This document shows, one piece after another, positions 40,751 to 56,500 of a DNA stretch of 64,000 bases (the first letter of the stretch is position 1; each line of letters begins with the position of its first letter). The translations under genes were made by a program, and so were the position numbers. Source of the stretch: Welwitschia mirabilis (taxonomy: Eukaryota). Under the pieces are notes generated by a model. It was not told where the DNA came from, searched no databases, and saw only the letters and a list, made by a program, of their open reading frames with translations. The stretch is taken from contig JBOZIK010000001.1 in the NCBI GenBank assembly GCA_051453625.1, forward strand, positions 5,462,695-5,526,694. Reading direction: 5' to 3'.

Positions 40751-43700
40751 AAATGTATTGTCATATTAAATCTAGAAAATACATTAAATCAAAGGAGGAA
40801 AATGTCACATCCATATTTTTCTAAGGCTAGAAAACCTTCGTAGACACTTTGATAAATAATTAAATAATGGGTTAGTTTCTATATATATAATTGTAAAAGT
40901 AGTGATATTTAAACTAAGTATTGCATGAATACTTATTTTGAAAATAATCGAAAGATTAAAAAATAGTTCTTACTTTTAGAAATTTATTTGGAAGATTGAA
41001 TTAATTATGGAATTTACTGTTAGTTATGCATGTGTTTTATTCTTATAATTTAAAAGTAGAATATTTGATCTATTTTGGAAATTAACTACAACTTTGATAT
41101 AGATCTCTCTTAATTATATTTTACTCATGCAAAAGTAACTATATGTGATCTAAAATATTTTCTCTTATTATCTATCCCATGTAGTTAAATTTATTTATCA
41201 TATGATGTTATATTATTATTTACACTTAGTGGTCATGCTTGGAAAGGATGGGTTATGGAAACCTAAACTATTTGTAGAACTTAAGGCTTACCATTAGTTT
41301 TACTGTTAGTCCTTTTTTATAAATACCTAAGTTCCTCAGTCATTAAAGTCATAGATACATACCTTGTAAATTATACTCATGTGAAGCTTAGATATAACTA
41401 GGAGTACTTTGGAGTTTTAGCAAAGAATAGGTATGGTTCCCAAACTTTATCTTGTAAAAGTTTACATAGTTTTAATCTTATACTTTCATGATTTGAATTT
41501 CATATGTGTTATTTTGCTCTCTGTTAAAATTGTTTTACTAGAAATGATTATGTTGCAAGCTTTGTTAAATGCCATGTGAAAGTTAAATTCAGAGTCTGTG
41601 TGTCTTACCTTTATGTATATTCCTTGTGTCATACTTCTTATAATCTTATCCATTTGGATAACCTAAATTGGGTAAATCCTTATTATTTACTTATTCTAAA
41701 ACATCTGTGAATGACTTATGTTATCGTTGATCATGAGTGGATGTTAAATAAGAAAAGGTAACTAGTTGTTCATTTTCTAGGGAATAATACTCTCTGTTGT
41801 GAGTCCTGAGGTCATAAGACTGAACTTCTAGCAAAGAAAAAAAAAAAGAGATCCAATTACCATTTTATTCCTTCTAGATATGTGCAACTAGATTTCTTAA
41901 TTATGTTGTGAATGAATAGTAAAGAAGATAATACTAATTGATGAGAAGTCTTGATCATGATTTCCTTATAATGTAATCCTTTACCTTATTGGAAACCATT
42001 TTTTCCTATCTATTCCTTGTCATGAATCATACTAGGGACTATGATGGTTATAGTTCTCACATCATACATCTATGTCTAGGATATGATGCAAAAGAAGAAT
42101 CCCAAGAGTTCACTACCAGAGCTAGTTATCATCTACTAGTTTATTTTAATTATTTACATTTCTATGATTAATAGTTGTATTTGAAACAAGACATGCATTA
42201 TCAGTTTGTTATACTTGACTGAAATAAAGATTATATTATTTTCTTAAAATAAAGTTGCAATTATTATTATTATTTATGTGAAATTTAATGTGCAAAGGAT
42301 TTATCTTTATTCTAAGAGTTATCTTGCTTGAGTAAAATATAATTGTTTATTTTCTTAAATTTATTATTAATATCTACAGTAAGTTATAAGTTGTTTAGCT
42401 TATAGTTATAGCAATAGTCTTTTAAAAAGTATCTACATAAATGTCATAAGTAATAATAATTATTTGATAGTTTTTCATTAGCAAAGCTTTAGTTAACATT
42501 AAGTCATTAATTAATTCATGCTATAATAACCTCAAGTGAATTTGTAACTTAATATTTAAGTTGACTAAACATTAAATGAAAGGTTAGGATTCCAAATCCT
42601 TAGACATGCATGTTATGTTACAATTCTATAATGACGTTTGAATAAATTACAATAAATAAGAGAGGATTTTTCCTCTTTCTTTTTCTTATGTATTTTAAGA
42701 AAACATGACCTAAACTCCATAGCTCTATGTCCAAACATGTTCATAAGGTATGATTGTTTTCACCCATTCTTAGCACATTCTTTATCAACAGTTTAAAATA
42801 TCCATGTTTTAAGAAAGACTTATCAGGTTTAATAAATAAGGTTAATTCTTTTACCACCTTGGATGTTATGCATGTGCCCCTATCTCCTTCCACCTAAGTA
42901 GCCTGAATCTAGCCATTATTCTTGCTTACTCATCTGACATGGTGCATCCTTAATTACATTCACTTTCTTCTTTTAATTAGCCAGTCATAATCTCCTTTCT
43001 TTTACATGCACATTATCAAAGAAAGTTACCTGAAATAATAGCTACTTTTTCTCTTCTCCTCAATATAGTTACCAACTCTCCATCCTTCATGTGGATACAC
43101 TAGCTTGAAATCAGCCAAATTGACTAACACATCTGACATGTAGCTATGAAATCCTGTGCACTTCCCCCCTTGCATGTGGAAATGTTCATACCTCCTCTAT
43201 TATTGTTCTAGCCTCCTCCTATTCATTGATCATCTGATAATTCCTAGTACTTTCAACATAGGTAATATGTCTACATAATCCCTTCGCTTTCTTTTAAGCA
43301 ATTAAAATGACCTTTCAAAAAATGTGGATCTAAGTTAAGACAATTATCCTATATGAACTGTGTAAGAGGAGGTCATAAGCTTAAGTCCCTCCCTTAATAA
43401 TTGTTAAATAAATACTATTTTTTAAAAAATAAATTATTTATTTATATGCTTATACCATATGTGTAGAGCTAATAATAAATGATTAATAAAGATAGTTCAA
43501 TCATCTAGTATACTTGTAAATTTCATAAGGCAAATGTATCTAAGCATGTTGCTAAATATGCTGAGTATTATTAGTGAATCTAATGAATTATTTACCTAGA
43601 CCACATCAAGACAAAGCTATGGAGTATATTATTATGATTCTTTCATACGTTCTAATTGGACAAGTATTATCCACTTAAGAAGTCATAAATTAAGGAAATT

Positions 43701-43899
43701 ATCTTAGCATAATACTTGCTAGCCTATACAACTTATAGACTTGTATAATTCATCCAATCATATTAAAGTCTTGCAGTTAAATGATTGATGCTATGCTAAT
43801 TATCTTGTATCTAATAAGTCCATTATTCTAATATATTCATATAAAGATTTTGATTTGTTAGTTTTAAAAAGATGGGTATTAGAAAAAATGAAGCTAAAA

Positions 43900-45340
43900 T
43901 AGACTCCTTGAACTAGCCTTGAAACAAGTCCATTCCCAAGGGAGGTTCTTATAAAACCGTGTTGATCTGATACCTCAAGTATTTATACTACATTCATCCA
44001 ATCAAAGATTTTTTTATAATGGTGATTGATTTCCTCATATAACTGATTTGAAATCTTTAGCTTAGAGTGGTTTGTGGTAGTTACAATTAGGGGGCTTATA
44101 CTTTTGGGTAGTTATATTAGTGAAGGTTACAACTTTTATCATGTAGCTTTAAGAAGATTTTTTTTCTTCTTCTTATGAAAATTTGTGGTAATATGGCCTT
44201 TATATGATAATATTATTACCACTAAATACTATCTCCATGTCTTCTCTATCTCATCATACTCTTTACTATAACATGCTAATATCATTTATCACTTTGCAGC
44301 TTTGCATGTGTTGTCAAGGTTGATGATTGTTTTTGATTTAATTTTTGAGTAAGTTAGTAAGTGGAATGTGATGAACTTTTTATTAAAATGTTAAAACAAA
44401 GCTTTGAATTAATTCTACTCCAAATGACTGAGAGTACTGGTTACCTAGATAGTGGTGCTATGGTTTTTTAATCAATCTTTTTCATTTTGGAACATGTCTT
44501 TTAGAAGGTAGATAAATCAACCTGAAATGGTTATAAAAATATTACTAATTTTATAAGTCATGTTAAAAAGGAAAAATACATATCTTTAAAATAAAAAACT
44601 ATTTTATTATCTTTACCTATGCTAAATTAATTAATTATACTTGGTCTAAATTTCAATTTTTGCATGTAAATAATGCTATATCTTGTATACATTTTATGTT
44701 CTTGTCATATTTTAAAATCATGGTGCTATATTATTATTTAGTTTTCTTAAGATAATATTTAAATCCTTTCCTTTTATTTTTCATCATATTAATGTTAGTT
44801 TTGAATTTAACATTTTTCTTTAGGATTTTCTTTCTTTTAGATTAAAGTTATTGATAAGATTTTATCATCCCTTTTTTTTTATCATCATCTTCAGTAGAAC
44901 TAGGATTAGGTTGTTGTTCTTCTATTTAACTTTCTAGTTTAACTTTCTTTACATTCTCTATGTTGAAAAACTAGTCCTCTTCCTTACTTTCATTATCATG
45001 TTCTTCAATACTTAGAATATCATTCATGTTATAGTTAATATTAAAATAATTATTAAACATGGAAAACTAAGGTAAGGTAGTTGGAAGTGAAAGTTATCAA
45101 GGATAATATCATATTATTATTTGAATTCTTACCTTTTTAAATTTTCTCCAATATCCTAAGAATCCATATTACACTTCTTCTTATCATTCTTAAGTGCCTT
45201 CTTTTGTTTTTTATGGGGACATTTGAACGCCCTATAATCATAACCTTTACATGCATAATTTTAGGTGGTCTTCTCTTTTTTACTTTTCTTTTACTTCTAT
45301 ATTGAGACATTTTCTTCTTTTTGGTTTCTTGATAACATGT
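43900..45340 (-). pseudogene. Possible highly decayed retroelement remnants (zinc knuckle; RNaseH-like)
   Basis: The minus strand gives YACKGYDYRAFKCPHK (~45210-45260, CCHC-like) and KTWR*YLV (~44220-44245). Confidence 0.35.
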
Positions 45341-45362
45341 AAAAATTAATATTTAGATCAAG

Positions 45363-48300
45363 TATTTTAGGCTAATTTATCTTAGTAAAGATATTTAATT
45401 AATCAATTTTATCATGAAATTATGTATTTCTTTAGTTTTATCATATATTATGAAGTTACGCATCTTTGCATGATAAATTTAGGTACTTAATAGCATAATG
45501 AAGTATTATGTCAAATCAGCTCTAAACTGTCATGCTAGACTTATCATGGAATGACATATGGTAGGAACTTTTGGGCCATATTAGTTGTTGCATTGTAATT
45601 AGCTAAGATCCTCAAAGACACCTAGTATGAACATGGTGGATATGTGGTGATGATGTAGTAAACACATAGTAGTAAGTTAGTAGTGTAGTGGCAACCATTA
45701 CTAATGTTACACATGGTGATGGTATCAAAACAAATGGTGCTATTATTAATTGGAAGGTTTTGGACAAAGGACCACAATGTTAAAGAAATCATGATGATTT
45801 TCTATCAAATGGTAAAAGATAAATGTGCACCTAATGCTATAAAATGAAGCTCCCATAAATGCTAAATGATGAACTTCTACAAGACAAAGATTTACCTAAT
45901 GTTATAAGCTAAGGATTCTTTACCTCAACTTGAAGCTCCAAGACAAAATCTAATCTACCTAATGCTAAATGATGAAGATTCTATCTAATCCTATAAGACA
46001 AAGTTCATTCACCTCACCTTTCACTACAAGCCAATAAACCCACCTATCAACTTTCTTGGCTTCACTTATAAAAGGGCCTTAATGCTTCTCATTATAACAT
46101 CACTTCCTCATTGCTTAAAGTTCTATTATAACTTGGCATAGTCTTTAAGATGATGTCTTACTAAGTTTCTTTTGAAGTGGGATAGCCTTGATTTTGTACT
46201 TCATAATGCCTATTTCTTGTAATGTAAGGCAATTTATTTTGTTTTATGTTAGTAAAGTTAGTTTACTTTTTTTTTTTTTTTTATTTTAAGTGTGCACTAC
46301 TTCATACTTAAAATGCTTGATTAGAAGATATGAAAATTTTAAGTTATATCTATTGGGTGGGTTCTTATATTTACTTAGCTAGTAGTAGTTAAAACTATTT
46401 GATGTTTTTTAGGCTTAAATCCCTCTCTGTCATACCTATATTTGAAATAAACATTATGCTAAGTAATATAAAGGATTCCACCAACACTTATGTAGTGAAT
46501 GATATTATTCCATCATCATCTAGACTTTGGCTAAGAAAAGATTTAGTGCAAGTAATTGTTGTATATTCTAGAATTAAAGTTTCATGTAAAAATAATGTGG
46601 ACTAGATTATATTATTAGTTCATTTCTACTTTTGTCAATTGTTTAATGATATCTTATATTTGATTTTATATTATTTGCCTTTTATTTTGTAACTCTTTAT
46701 GTGCTAACTAGTCTAAGCTAATCATATTCATCCCTACAAATATAATGATAGTAGGTACTACATGGTTAATTGGATAAGGTGACCATTGTATCAATTTTTT
46801 ACATCATTGTTAAGGATTATGGTATCATACATTTTTATTAGTAGCACATAATAAGTTTTCTAAATATTAATTTTAGATAGTTGCATTTTCATTTCTCTTT
46901 TCTTTCATTTCTAGTGATTGGCACTTGTTATCTCCAGTGTTATCCAAACTAGTTTGCTTTATTTTTATTTTTTTAGCATTCTAGTGATTGGTATTAGTTC
47001 AATCTAATGAAAACTGAATTGATTGAGATATTTTATTTTTTGTCTCTAATGATAATCAATAAAAATAATATTGCATACTTTTGTAATTAGTGTATTTTAG
47101 TGGATCTCCTTCAAGGGAAAGGCAAAGAAGGAAAAAGAGTGTAAAGAGTCTATATCGAATGTTGAATCAAACAATTTTCCTCTTCCCTTCTACTTTTAAT
47201 TTTTATTTTTTATTAAAAATAAAATATTTTTTAAAGTTAGTTTTCATTTTTAAAAGAAGAAAATGAAACATTCTTTCTTATAGTGTGTTTTCTTTATAAT
47301 TTCATTTAAAAGAAAATGGAAAAGAAAAAGAACAAGAATTCAGTAGCTAGCTATTTTTCAATTCTATTGTATAAAAGTTTTTATTAAAGAAAGAAAAAAA
47401 TTATTAGTTTATTTATAATTTATTTTACATTAGGCCATTTTAGTTTCTGTTTGATTTTTCATTTTCCTTGATCTGTCATTCAGTAGGACTTATTAGCTCT
47501 TAAACTTAGGTTTAAACCTTTCTTGTAAACCTTTAAATCTTTTTCACTCTTAGATTTCCTCTATAAAATTTTTAATTTGTATGCATTGGGCCTAAAATAA
47601 ACTTGGTTGATTAGTTAGAATTCCTTTAAGTGATAAGATAGAATCCCTATATGATCATAGGTATAATGAAGATAAAGTCTTATCCTAACCTCCATTACAA
47701 GGATTTCATGAACATACTTATAATGAATCCTTAACTTCATAAGTCCCTCAAGGTAGAAATGACCCTACATCTAATGAGAGTTTCTAGATTATCTTAAGAA
47801 TCAATGATACAACCAACCCCTATTGTAATTCTTTCCTCATCAACCTTAAAGCTAAATCTTCTTTAATAAACTTTTATATTATCATAAAGATAACCCTTCT
47901 CTAAAACTTTACCTCAAAGCCAGTCATTTTCCTAACCCTTCAATCAAAGCCAACATTTTTAATATCAACCTAGTCAAATGTATTCTTAACATCTAGCCAA
48001 TTTTATTCCTAAAGTTAATCCAATATACATAGTAACCCCCAAATCTAATAGACACTTAAGAACTATTTACAACCTTAGTTCCTTGGCACTCCTTCTTGAA
48101 TTATGCAATCAATCATGGCATATAGGTTAGACTTTAAGCCCTTAACCATATAACTACTTTACATTTTTATGGGTTTAAATTATAGGACTCTTATTTACAT
48201 ATTAAAGACTTTGAGTGTGTTTTATCAATATTCCCCCAATTCACCAATACCATAGATGCTTTAAGGCTAGCCTTGTTTCCATTTTCTTTGAAGGATAAAG

Positions 48301-51300
48301 CTAATACATGGCTTTATAATCTTAAATCCTTATTAATTAGGACTTTGAATAAATGCAACAAAACCTTTATTTTGAAATTTTTCCAAAGCCACAACAGTAA
48401 TGCTATGTGATAAGAAATAATGAATTACCAATAGAAAGACTATGAAACCTTTCCATAAAATTCTAAAAAGGTTTAATGATTTATTATAGAATTTTCTGTA
48501 ACATGGTTTTAGGCCTGGTCATATGATTATCTTTTTCTATAAGGGGTTATTACTAAATAATAGGCAATTAGTTAAAATGATGAGCCAAGGTAGTTTCTCA
48601 GAAATAGACCTAAATGAGGCTTAGTAATACCTAGAATCCATAGCTAAGAGTTTAATTGGGAAAAACCATCAAAACCTTCTTAATCCCATCATTTAGTTAA
48701 GTATACTAGTATTTTTAAAGTTCCAAAGAACTTTAATGTAGGTAACTAAATAAATGAACTTTCAAAAATGTTAGATTCCTTTGCAACTTAGCTAATAGTT
48801 TCAAAATTAGGATGTCTAATTTTCCAACTAAATTCACATGAAATCATCGAGTGTCCTTTATATATCAAAACATAGTAAATGAATAAGTAAACATGATAGG
48901 ATAACATTCACAAAACAAAAATGACCCTTTCTCAAATCATTATAATTTCTCTTAAAAGTAGGACAATAATCCATAGTAAAGTTATTAGTCTAGAAACTCA
49001 TTTGCCTCATCTTTCTATCCTTACCCTTCATCATTAAACCCTTAAATAACTTCATCTAATTCATTGGAGATAATCTATAAAACGTTCATTAAATTATAAA
49101 TACAAACAAATCAATGACATGAATAGAGTATATGCCAACTTCAACAAATCACTACCCACATCCTTTCATTATTAAACCAACAAAAACCTAGAAAACATCC
49201 CATAGGTCCTTAACCTAATTCAAGAAAAATGAAAATGGTATAGTAAGGAGAGTTAAGAAACATCATCTTTAATGTAGAAGAAAAATAAACCAAGAAATAG
49301 AATCAAACCCATTTGGGGAAGAAAAGAGCATTCTAAAACCACTAATGAAAAGGAAATAGTAAAGGAAATAGAATAATCCTTACTTATTTTCATAAACCTT
49401 TACCATTTCCTTAATGATTAAAAATAGAAAACATCACTAGGAAATAATTAGAGGCCTTAGAAATCTTTAAATAAGTAAAAGTTAATATTCCCTATTTAGA
49501 GGCTATCAAACAAGTATCAATTTATGAAAAGTTTCTTAAAGAGATTTTCATAGTTAAAAGAAAGATGAACATTAAAAGCAATGGTTCCTAGTGTAATTCT
49601 CATCTAAAAAGAAGAATTCTAAATGCCTAACTATTTTAAACACAATTGAATAAAGGTATCTCACTAGACTTAGAAGCTAATGTTAATTCAATTCCTTATA
49701 GTAATTATAAAGAATTACGCTTAGTAAATCTTAAAAAACTAAATTCTAGTTGCATATTACTAAAAATGCTTTAAGAACATAATTGGAAGTGATTGAAGAT
49801 GTTATTGTCAGGGTTGATAGCTATTACTTCCTTGTAGAATTTGTAGTATTAGACATGGAAACATTACCTACTTAATTAGCACTTATCATCCTTGGTAGAC
49901 CCTTTTTGACAACCTCTAATGCTATTATCAATTATAAAAATAGCTTGATGAAAATTTCATTTGGTAATATGATAATAAATATAAATATTTTCAATGCCAT
50001 GAAATTAATCCTTAGTGATGATACAATTGAACATGTGAATACAATAAAGAGTTTCATGCTTGATTAAGAATCCACATCTAATTAAGAATCTTTTACAACT
50101 AACTTTCATAAAGAGTAAGACTTATGAATTATCACTTAGGATGAGTCTTTAATTGAGATTTAGCCAATTTTCCACGATCTTAATAAACATTTTTATGATG
50201 TAACTCTACCTTTCTTGTATTAATTAGTTCCTAATTACCCCCTTCATAGAAAACTAAATTATTAAATCTTTTTAAGAAGTACAAATAACTCATTGATTAG
50301 ATCTTAGTAGATACTAAATACATTGACTTGAGTATTTTTGTGTAGCATATGTACCTCAAAGAGAATGCTAAAACTTCCTTTGAAACTTAAAGAAGAATTA
50401 ATTCAACCTTAAAGGAAGTAATGAAATACAAGATAATCAAAATCTTAGATAATGGAATTATCTATCCTATCTTTAATAGTAAATGGATAAGTATGATACA
50501 AACTATGGTTAAAACGTCTAGAGTAATCTTAATGTTGAAGGAACAAAATGAACTTATCCCTATTATGCTAGCTATAAAATGGATAATGTGCATTGACTAT
50601 AGAAAACTTAATGTGGTAACTAGAAAAGATCATTTTCTTCTCCCATTCTTTAACCAAATTCTTGAACAACTTATCAGACTTTCTTATTATTATTTTTTTC
50701 TTAGATATTCTAGTTATAATTAAATTGAAATAGCTTTTCAAGACTAAGATGAAACTAAATTTACTTATCCTTATAAAATCTTCACATGCAAATGAATTAC
50801 CTTTTGATCTTTTTAATTCTCTAATCACATTTTAATAATGCATGCTAGGAATTTTTTATAACTTATTAGATTCATATGTGAAAATATTTATGATGACTTT
50901 ACTATTTATGGGTTTAATTTCAACTAATGCCTTCATAAGTTAGAACTTTCTCTTTATAGAAGCATAAAAAAATATCTTATTTTAAACTAGGAAAAATGTC
51001 ATTTTATGTGAAAAAAGAATAGTCTTAGGTCACATCATATCTTCTTAAGGGATCTAAGTAGATCCCATTAAGGTCTCCTTAACAACTCATGTACCTACTG
51101 TACAAATCAAAAAGACATTAGAACTTTCTTAGGGCATATAAGATATTATAAGACATTTATTAGAGACTTCATTAAGATTTCCCAACCTCTTTCTGACCTT
51201 GTTAGTAAAGATGTTCCTTTTGAATAAACCAAAGAATGTCAACAAGCCTTTTATGAACTCAAAGAAAATCTCACTATAGCATTCATTATTTAACTTCTCA

Positions 51301-51955
51301 ATTGGAAGTTATTATTTAAATTAATATGTGATGCTAGTAATTACATCATTGGAACTATATTAGAACAAAAAATAGATAAGAAACCAATAGTAATCTCATA
51401 TGCAAGAAAACCATTAAAAAATACTTAACTTAATTATACAATTACTAAGAAGGAAATTATATCTATAGTCTTTACACCGAAAAATTTTAGGAAGTATTTG
51501 TTAGGATTTAAGATCATTGTATATGTGGGTTACTCAACACTTAGATATGTTTTTGTTAAAATAACCTTAAAGCTTAGACTAATTTAATGGATTCTATTAC
51601 TTAATCATTTATCCTAGGGACTAAGGTTAAAAAGGGTTTTTATAATATTTTAGTTGATTACTTATTTTGTAAAACACAATAAAACTCTTACAAAATCCTC
51701 TCCATCAACGATACTTTTTTAGAGGAATATGTTTTCTTTAGCTCAGAGGCATCTTAGTTTGTTAATTTTACAAATTACTTAGTTTCTAAGAGAACTTATT
51801 CACATTGGACATTTAATGATAGGAAGAAATTACTCAGTTAAGTAAAATACTTCTTTTGAAATTTATTTAATTATTACCTTGATTAAGTTATTCATAGTTG
51901 TATCCCCTAAACTGAAATTCATGACATACTTAAACTTTACCATTCTAAAGCTTTT
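45363..51955 (+). mobile_element. Degenerate Athila-like gypsy element C (probable LTR ~45363-46806), interrupted at the start of integrase
   Basis: PBS-like TGGTATCA at 46820, gag LFPFSLKDKANTWL (~48273), protease LDLEANVNSIPY (~49664), RT MCIDYRKLN..TRKDHF (ORF 50421-50723) and RNaseH ICDASNY (~51324). The LTR left edge is approximate. Confidence 0.8.
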
Positions 51956-53064
51956 TGTTGTGATGTGTATTTGTGCACCATTACGTCCTTGGTAAAATCA
52001 AAACTTATCAATCATAAATATAATGCATAAACACAACACACTAATATAGAATGGAGTGACCCAAATGTCATAATTTGTCAAAGGCCAAAGTAGTAAATAA
52101 GAGAGTTACTTTTTACAAATAAGTGCTTGTACCCTAATCTATAGGAATAACTTGCAATGCATGAAAGTAAAAATATAGCACACTCATGCAAAGATAATCT
52201 AGAAAAGGAAATAACAAAGCACCTAACCTAAACTAACTAAGCACAACATTGATAAAGGTTGCTCTCATAACTTAGATTACTAGAGAAACTATCAAAAAAT
52301 TAGAAGAAACATAAGCTATGAAGGTAAAAAATAATAATACATTAAAATAAAAAAAGGAAGTATTTTATATTATATTGTGAACCACATCCGTGTTATAAAG
52401 TAGTTGCATCTTAATGGAGAAAATGCTGTCCAACACCAAGGAAAGTATCTCTTTGCAACTATAAGAATGGATCACTAATCCTTTAATATCTTGTCACAAG
52501 AATTTTATATACAAATTAAGAGAATTAGAAGTTGAGGACGAGATTACTATTAATTGATATATAATCACATAAGAAAATAGACAACAAGACACAAGTAAAA
52601 CTATAATGGTTGTGCAAGAAGACACAAACACATATGTGGCATAAGTTAGGTGAATGTTTAGTGTAGATGTTACAATGGTGTTATCTAGTAGGTCATTTAG
52701 ATGATAGAAGAGATGATTCCATCTCATAATTAATCCACATTAGTTGCTAGGTTAATGACAGGTAGAATCCCTATTGGTACTATTTTCTCAGTCATCTGTA
52801 AAGCCGTCTAGATGTTGAGGTGGATGATGGCCTTTAACAAATCTTCAATCAGTGCATCAGCTTTAATCTTTTACAAGAAGTTATTTTAGAAATATAAAGT
52901 ATTTAGAATTTCTCAAAATACTATAAATCATCATGGAGATTTCATGTTTTCGTTTCTTTTACTTTATCTCTTCATTATTATAGGAATCAAGAATTTATGT
53001 ACCTATTATCTTGTAAAACCACTTCAAATATCCTATTAAATATGTATAAGTTGATAGCATAACA
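51956..53064 (-). repeat. 3' LTR (~1.11 kb) of minus-strand gypsy element D
   Basis: Termini TGTTGTG...CATAACA, followed by the reverse PPT CCCCCCACTTAG at ~53068. It shares motifs with the LTR at 6070-7161. Confidence 0.75.
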
Positions 53065-56000
53065 TAGCCCCCCACTTAGCCTTGTTAGTCCCTGATAAAA
53101 CCAAGTGGTAAACCATGTTTACAAGCTAAAAATCCATGTTTAAAAGCTAGCTTATTAGATAATAAAATAGCTAGGATATTTGAGAAAATTATTTTAGAAG
53201 CATTTTTAGAAATTACAAAAATACAATCTGGGTTTTAAGAAATAAAAAAACTAAACATTTCACCTGCTAGAAGCTTAGCTAGTTAGTCATCCGGGCCATT
53301 GCTCAGATAATGGAGGGGACGACAGGCTCAAAAAAGGTCTTTGAAATTTGAAATCTATGATAGAATTTTTATTTTTGTAGATAATCAGTAAATGTAACAA
53401 AATAGCCTCCCCCCCACTAAGTTAAACAGTAATAAGATAGAAAAAATTACCTAAGTAAAATTAACCCTCATTCCTAACATGTAAAAAATTAAAAGATAGA
53501 CATGAAAAATAAAATTCAAATTAGCACATTATGGTGGAAAAATAAAGTATCTATAAGATATCAAAAAAAGGTTTCTAGTACAAAAATGTATAGAAGGGAA
53601 GATACAAAATAATAATAAAAAATCATTTCCCTTGTCTACACATGATAGATTGTGATTCAACAGCTAGCTTAGGAGTAGTGGAAGAAGAAGGAGGATGCTC
53701 AGGGTCTACAGGGAAATAGAGATCCAAGGATGTGGAAATTAATCTGACCATTTCTTTGTTNNNNNNNNNNNNNNNNNNNNNNNNNNNNNNNNNNNNNNNN
53801 NNNNNNNNNNNNNNNNNAGACTCTGCTAAATGGAAATAACATGCTAGAACATATTTATGATTTAATCCTTAGAGTGCTAGACTCTTCTCTCAATAGATAG
53901 GATCTTCTACTTAAATATCTACTATTTTTTATCATGTACCTATGTTCTCTGATCAAGAGCCTATATTGTTTGATCAAGTGACTAGATACCTCTATTAATG
54001 AAACCTTTGATAATCTTGATATTCTCAATTAGTAGAGCCTATATCTACTCAAGTAATGCTTCAACCACAAGTCTATGTACTTGAGATCTCTCTACCTCTT
54101 CTGAAACCTATATACTCATGCCCTATAAATAGTAAGCTGAAGTCTGTATATGTTATAGGTGCTACTTATTCAAGGGCTCTAGTATTACAAATCATTTAAA
54201 TAATGCTGAGAGGAGGCATGGATAACTAAGTGTCTAAAGCTGTCATACCTCTACTATTGATCTGAGTCTCCTCCATATAAATGTAGGAAGGTCTATCTGC
54301 TTCCCCTATCTAAAAGCTACTAATATCTATAAGTGTGCTTTCATGATGTGATTGTCATAAAAGGATGAACTAATGTTATAGATCATCTCTCTGTGTAACA
54401 TGCTATATGCTGGAGTTAGCTGAGTAATATTTACTCCCTGTTAATCAGTAGTGAGATTAACTAGAATATCTAAAATGGTGCCATATTCTTAACACTCCTT
54501 AGTCCCACTAGATAAGTGTATGTTTATATTCCCAAATCCATTAAGATCCGTGATAACTGTAAAATGGGATTAGAGAATTGCTATCTCATGATAGCAATAA
54601 TCATATCCTATAACTAACCATGAGCATCAGGTAGCCTCTTGATATGCATGGTATCACAGAACTCCCTCATCTCTAATACATAGTATGNNNNNNNNNNNNN
54701 NNNNNNNNNNNNNNNNNNNNNNNNNNNNNNNNNNNNNNNNNNNNNNNNNNNNNNNNNNNNNNNNNNNNNNNNNNNNNNNNNNNNNNNNNNNNNNNNNNNN
54801 NNNNNNNNNNNNNNNNNNNNNNNNNNNNNNNNNNNNNNNNNNNNNNNNNNNNNNNNNNNNNNNNNNNNNNNNNNNNNNNNNNNNNNNNNNNNNNNNNNNN
54901 NNNNNNNNNNNNNNNNNNNNNNNNNNNNNNNNNNNNNNNNNNNNNNNNNNNNNNNNNNNNNNNNNNNNNNNNNNNNNNNNNNNNNNNNNNNNNNNNNNNN
55001 NNNNNNNNNNNNNNNNNNNNNNNNNNNNNNNNNNNNNNNNNNNNNNNNNNNNNNNNNNNNNNNNNNNNNNNNNNNNNNNNNNNNNNNNNNNNNNNNNNNN
55101 NNNNNNNNNNNNNNNNNNNNNNNNNNNNNNNNNNNNNNNNNNNNNNNNNNNNNNNNNNNNNNNNNNNNNNNNNNNNNNNNNNNNNNNNNNNNNNNNNNNN
55201 NNNNNNNNNNNNNNNNNNNNNNNNNNNNNNNNNNNNNNNNNNNNNNNNNNNNNNNNNNNNNNNNCTATAATCCATTAAATCTATAAATTTATTAATATCT
55301 AGTCCATGTCAGGCTTGATATAACTCATGAATTACCAAAATAATGCTCAACATGTATACTAGCTATCTGAATAATCAAGGAATGACCATTTCAATGTGGC
55401 ATATGTGTAGGCTTTGTATGCTCTAGCCATGACTCAACTAAAGGGCCTGCCTCCTACTCTACTACCTCATCCTCAACCTCAGCCTATCTAGATCTATGCA
55501 CATGGGACCTACTCAATCAAAAATACAAAAATTATTATGCAAAAATAGAAAGACATATCAAAAATGTTGCTTGGATGTGCAATAGAGACCCCTGAAATCA
55601 ATTAATAAAACTATGAAAAATATTGAAAATATGTCCTGCCCTTTCTTAAAAGTTGAAATGCATCTAGAATTTCATAAACATGTGAAGAAAAATAAAAAAC
55701 ACATGAAAAATTCAAAAATGGTATTTTTAGTGAGTCTCATCTGAAGTAAAAAATTTGAAGTGCTCAAATAAAAATCTAATATAGTAAAGTTATAGAACAC
55801 ATCGAACAAATCAATTTTACCTAAAGTACCACTACGTTTTAACCTACAATTTTGGAGAAAGTAAGTGTGAAAGGTGGAAATTTAAAAATACCTTGTAAAA
55901 TCCATAAATGTTTATAACTCAAAAAATGCACAATGAAAGTCAGATCCATAAGTTCTAAATCAAAGATCATGAAAAACTGCACATTAAAAAGATAAAAAAT

Positions 56001-56500
56001 GGGAGAAAAAAGTGAAAAATAGTATGAGAGAGAAACATACCTCATTTTTAAAAATTTAGTCAAATCTGATGAATCTAGATACAAAATCTAGTACGAAATG
56101 TACCATAACACTGGAACAAGTTATAGTGATCATCTTATCTTAAAGGAACTAGTGAAAGTGATGAAGAAATAAGAAAAAATGAGGAAAAAGTGTTTATTCT
56201 AAAGTTTTGTTACATTATCATCTAGTCGCATTGTCTGGATTATAAAACTAGAATAACTCTTAGAAAAAAATTAGACTATCATTTGCACAGTGTCATTTGG
56301 ATAACCAGGTGGATGACAAGACATGAAACATTTTTTAAAAATAAAAATAATATCCAGAAAACTTAGGCTCATGGGGAGTGTGATTTTAGTTTATTCACTA
56401 GAACATCACCTAGTTGAACCTAAGATCCTACTCTAACAAAGCCATTTTCATCTAAATGATGAAGTAAATAAGGGTCTATTTGAGGTATTATGAATATAGA
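53065..56500 (-). mobile_element. 3' internal region of element D (second PPT-like tract, decayed extra ORF, GTCATYYRGATGAC-like motifs)
   Basis: CCCCCCCACTAAG at ~53409. The same decayed palindromic motifs occur at 52690, 53286 and 56290. Confidence 0.55.

Noticed and set aside
40750..43900. Possible DNA transposon or gene remnant
   Set aside because: I could not recognise TIRs, a TSD or protein motifs, so it is left unannotated.
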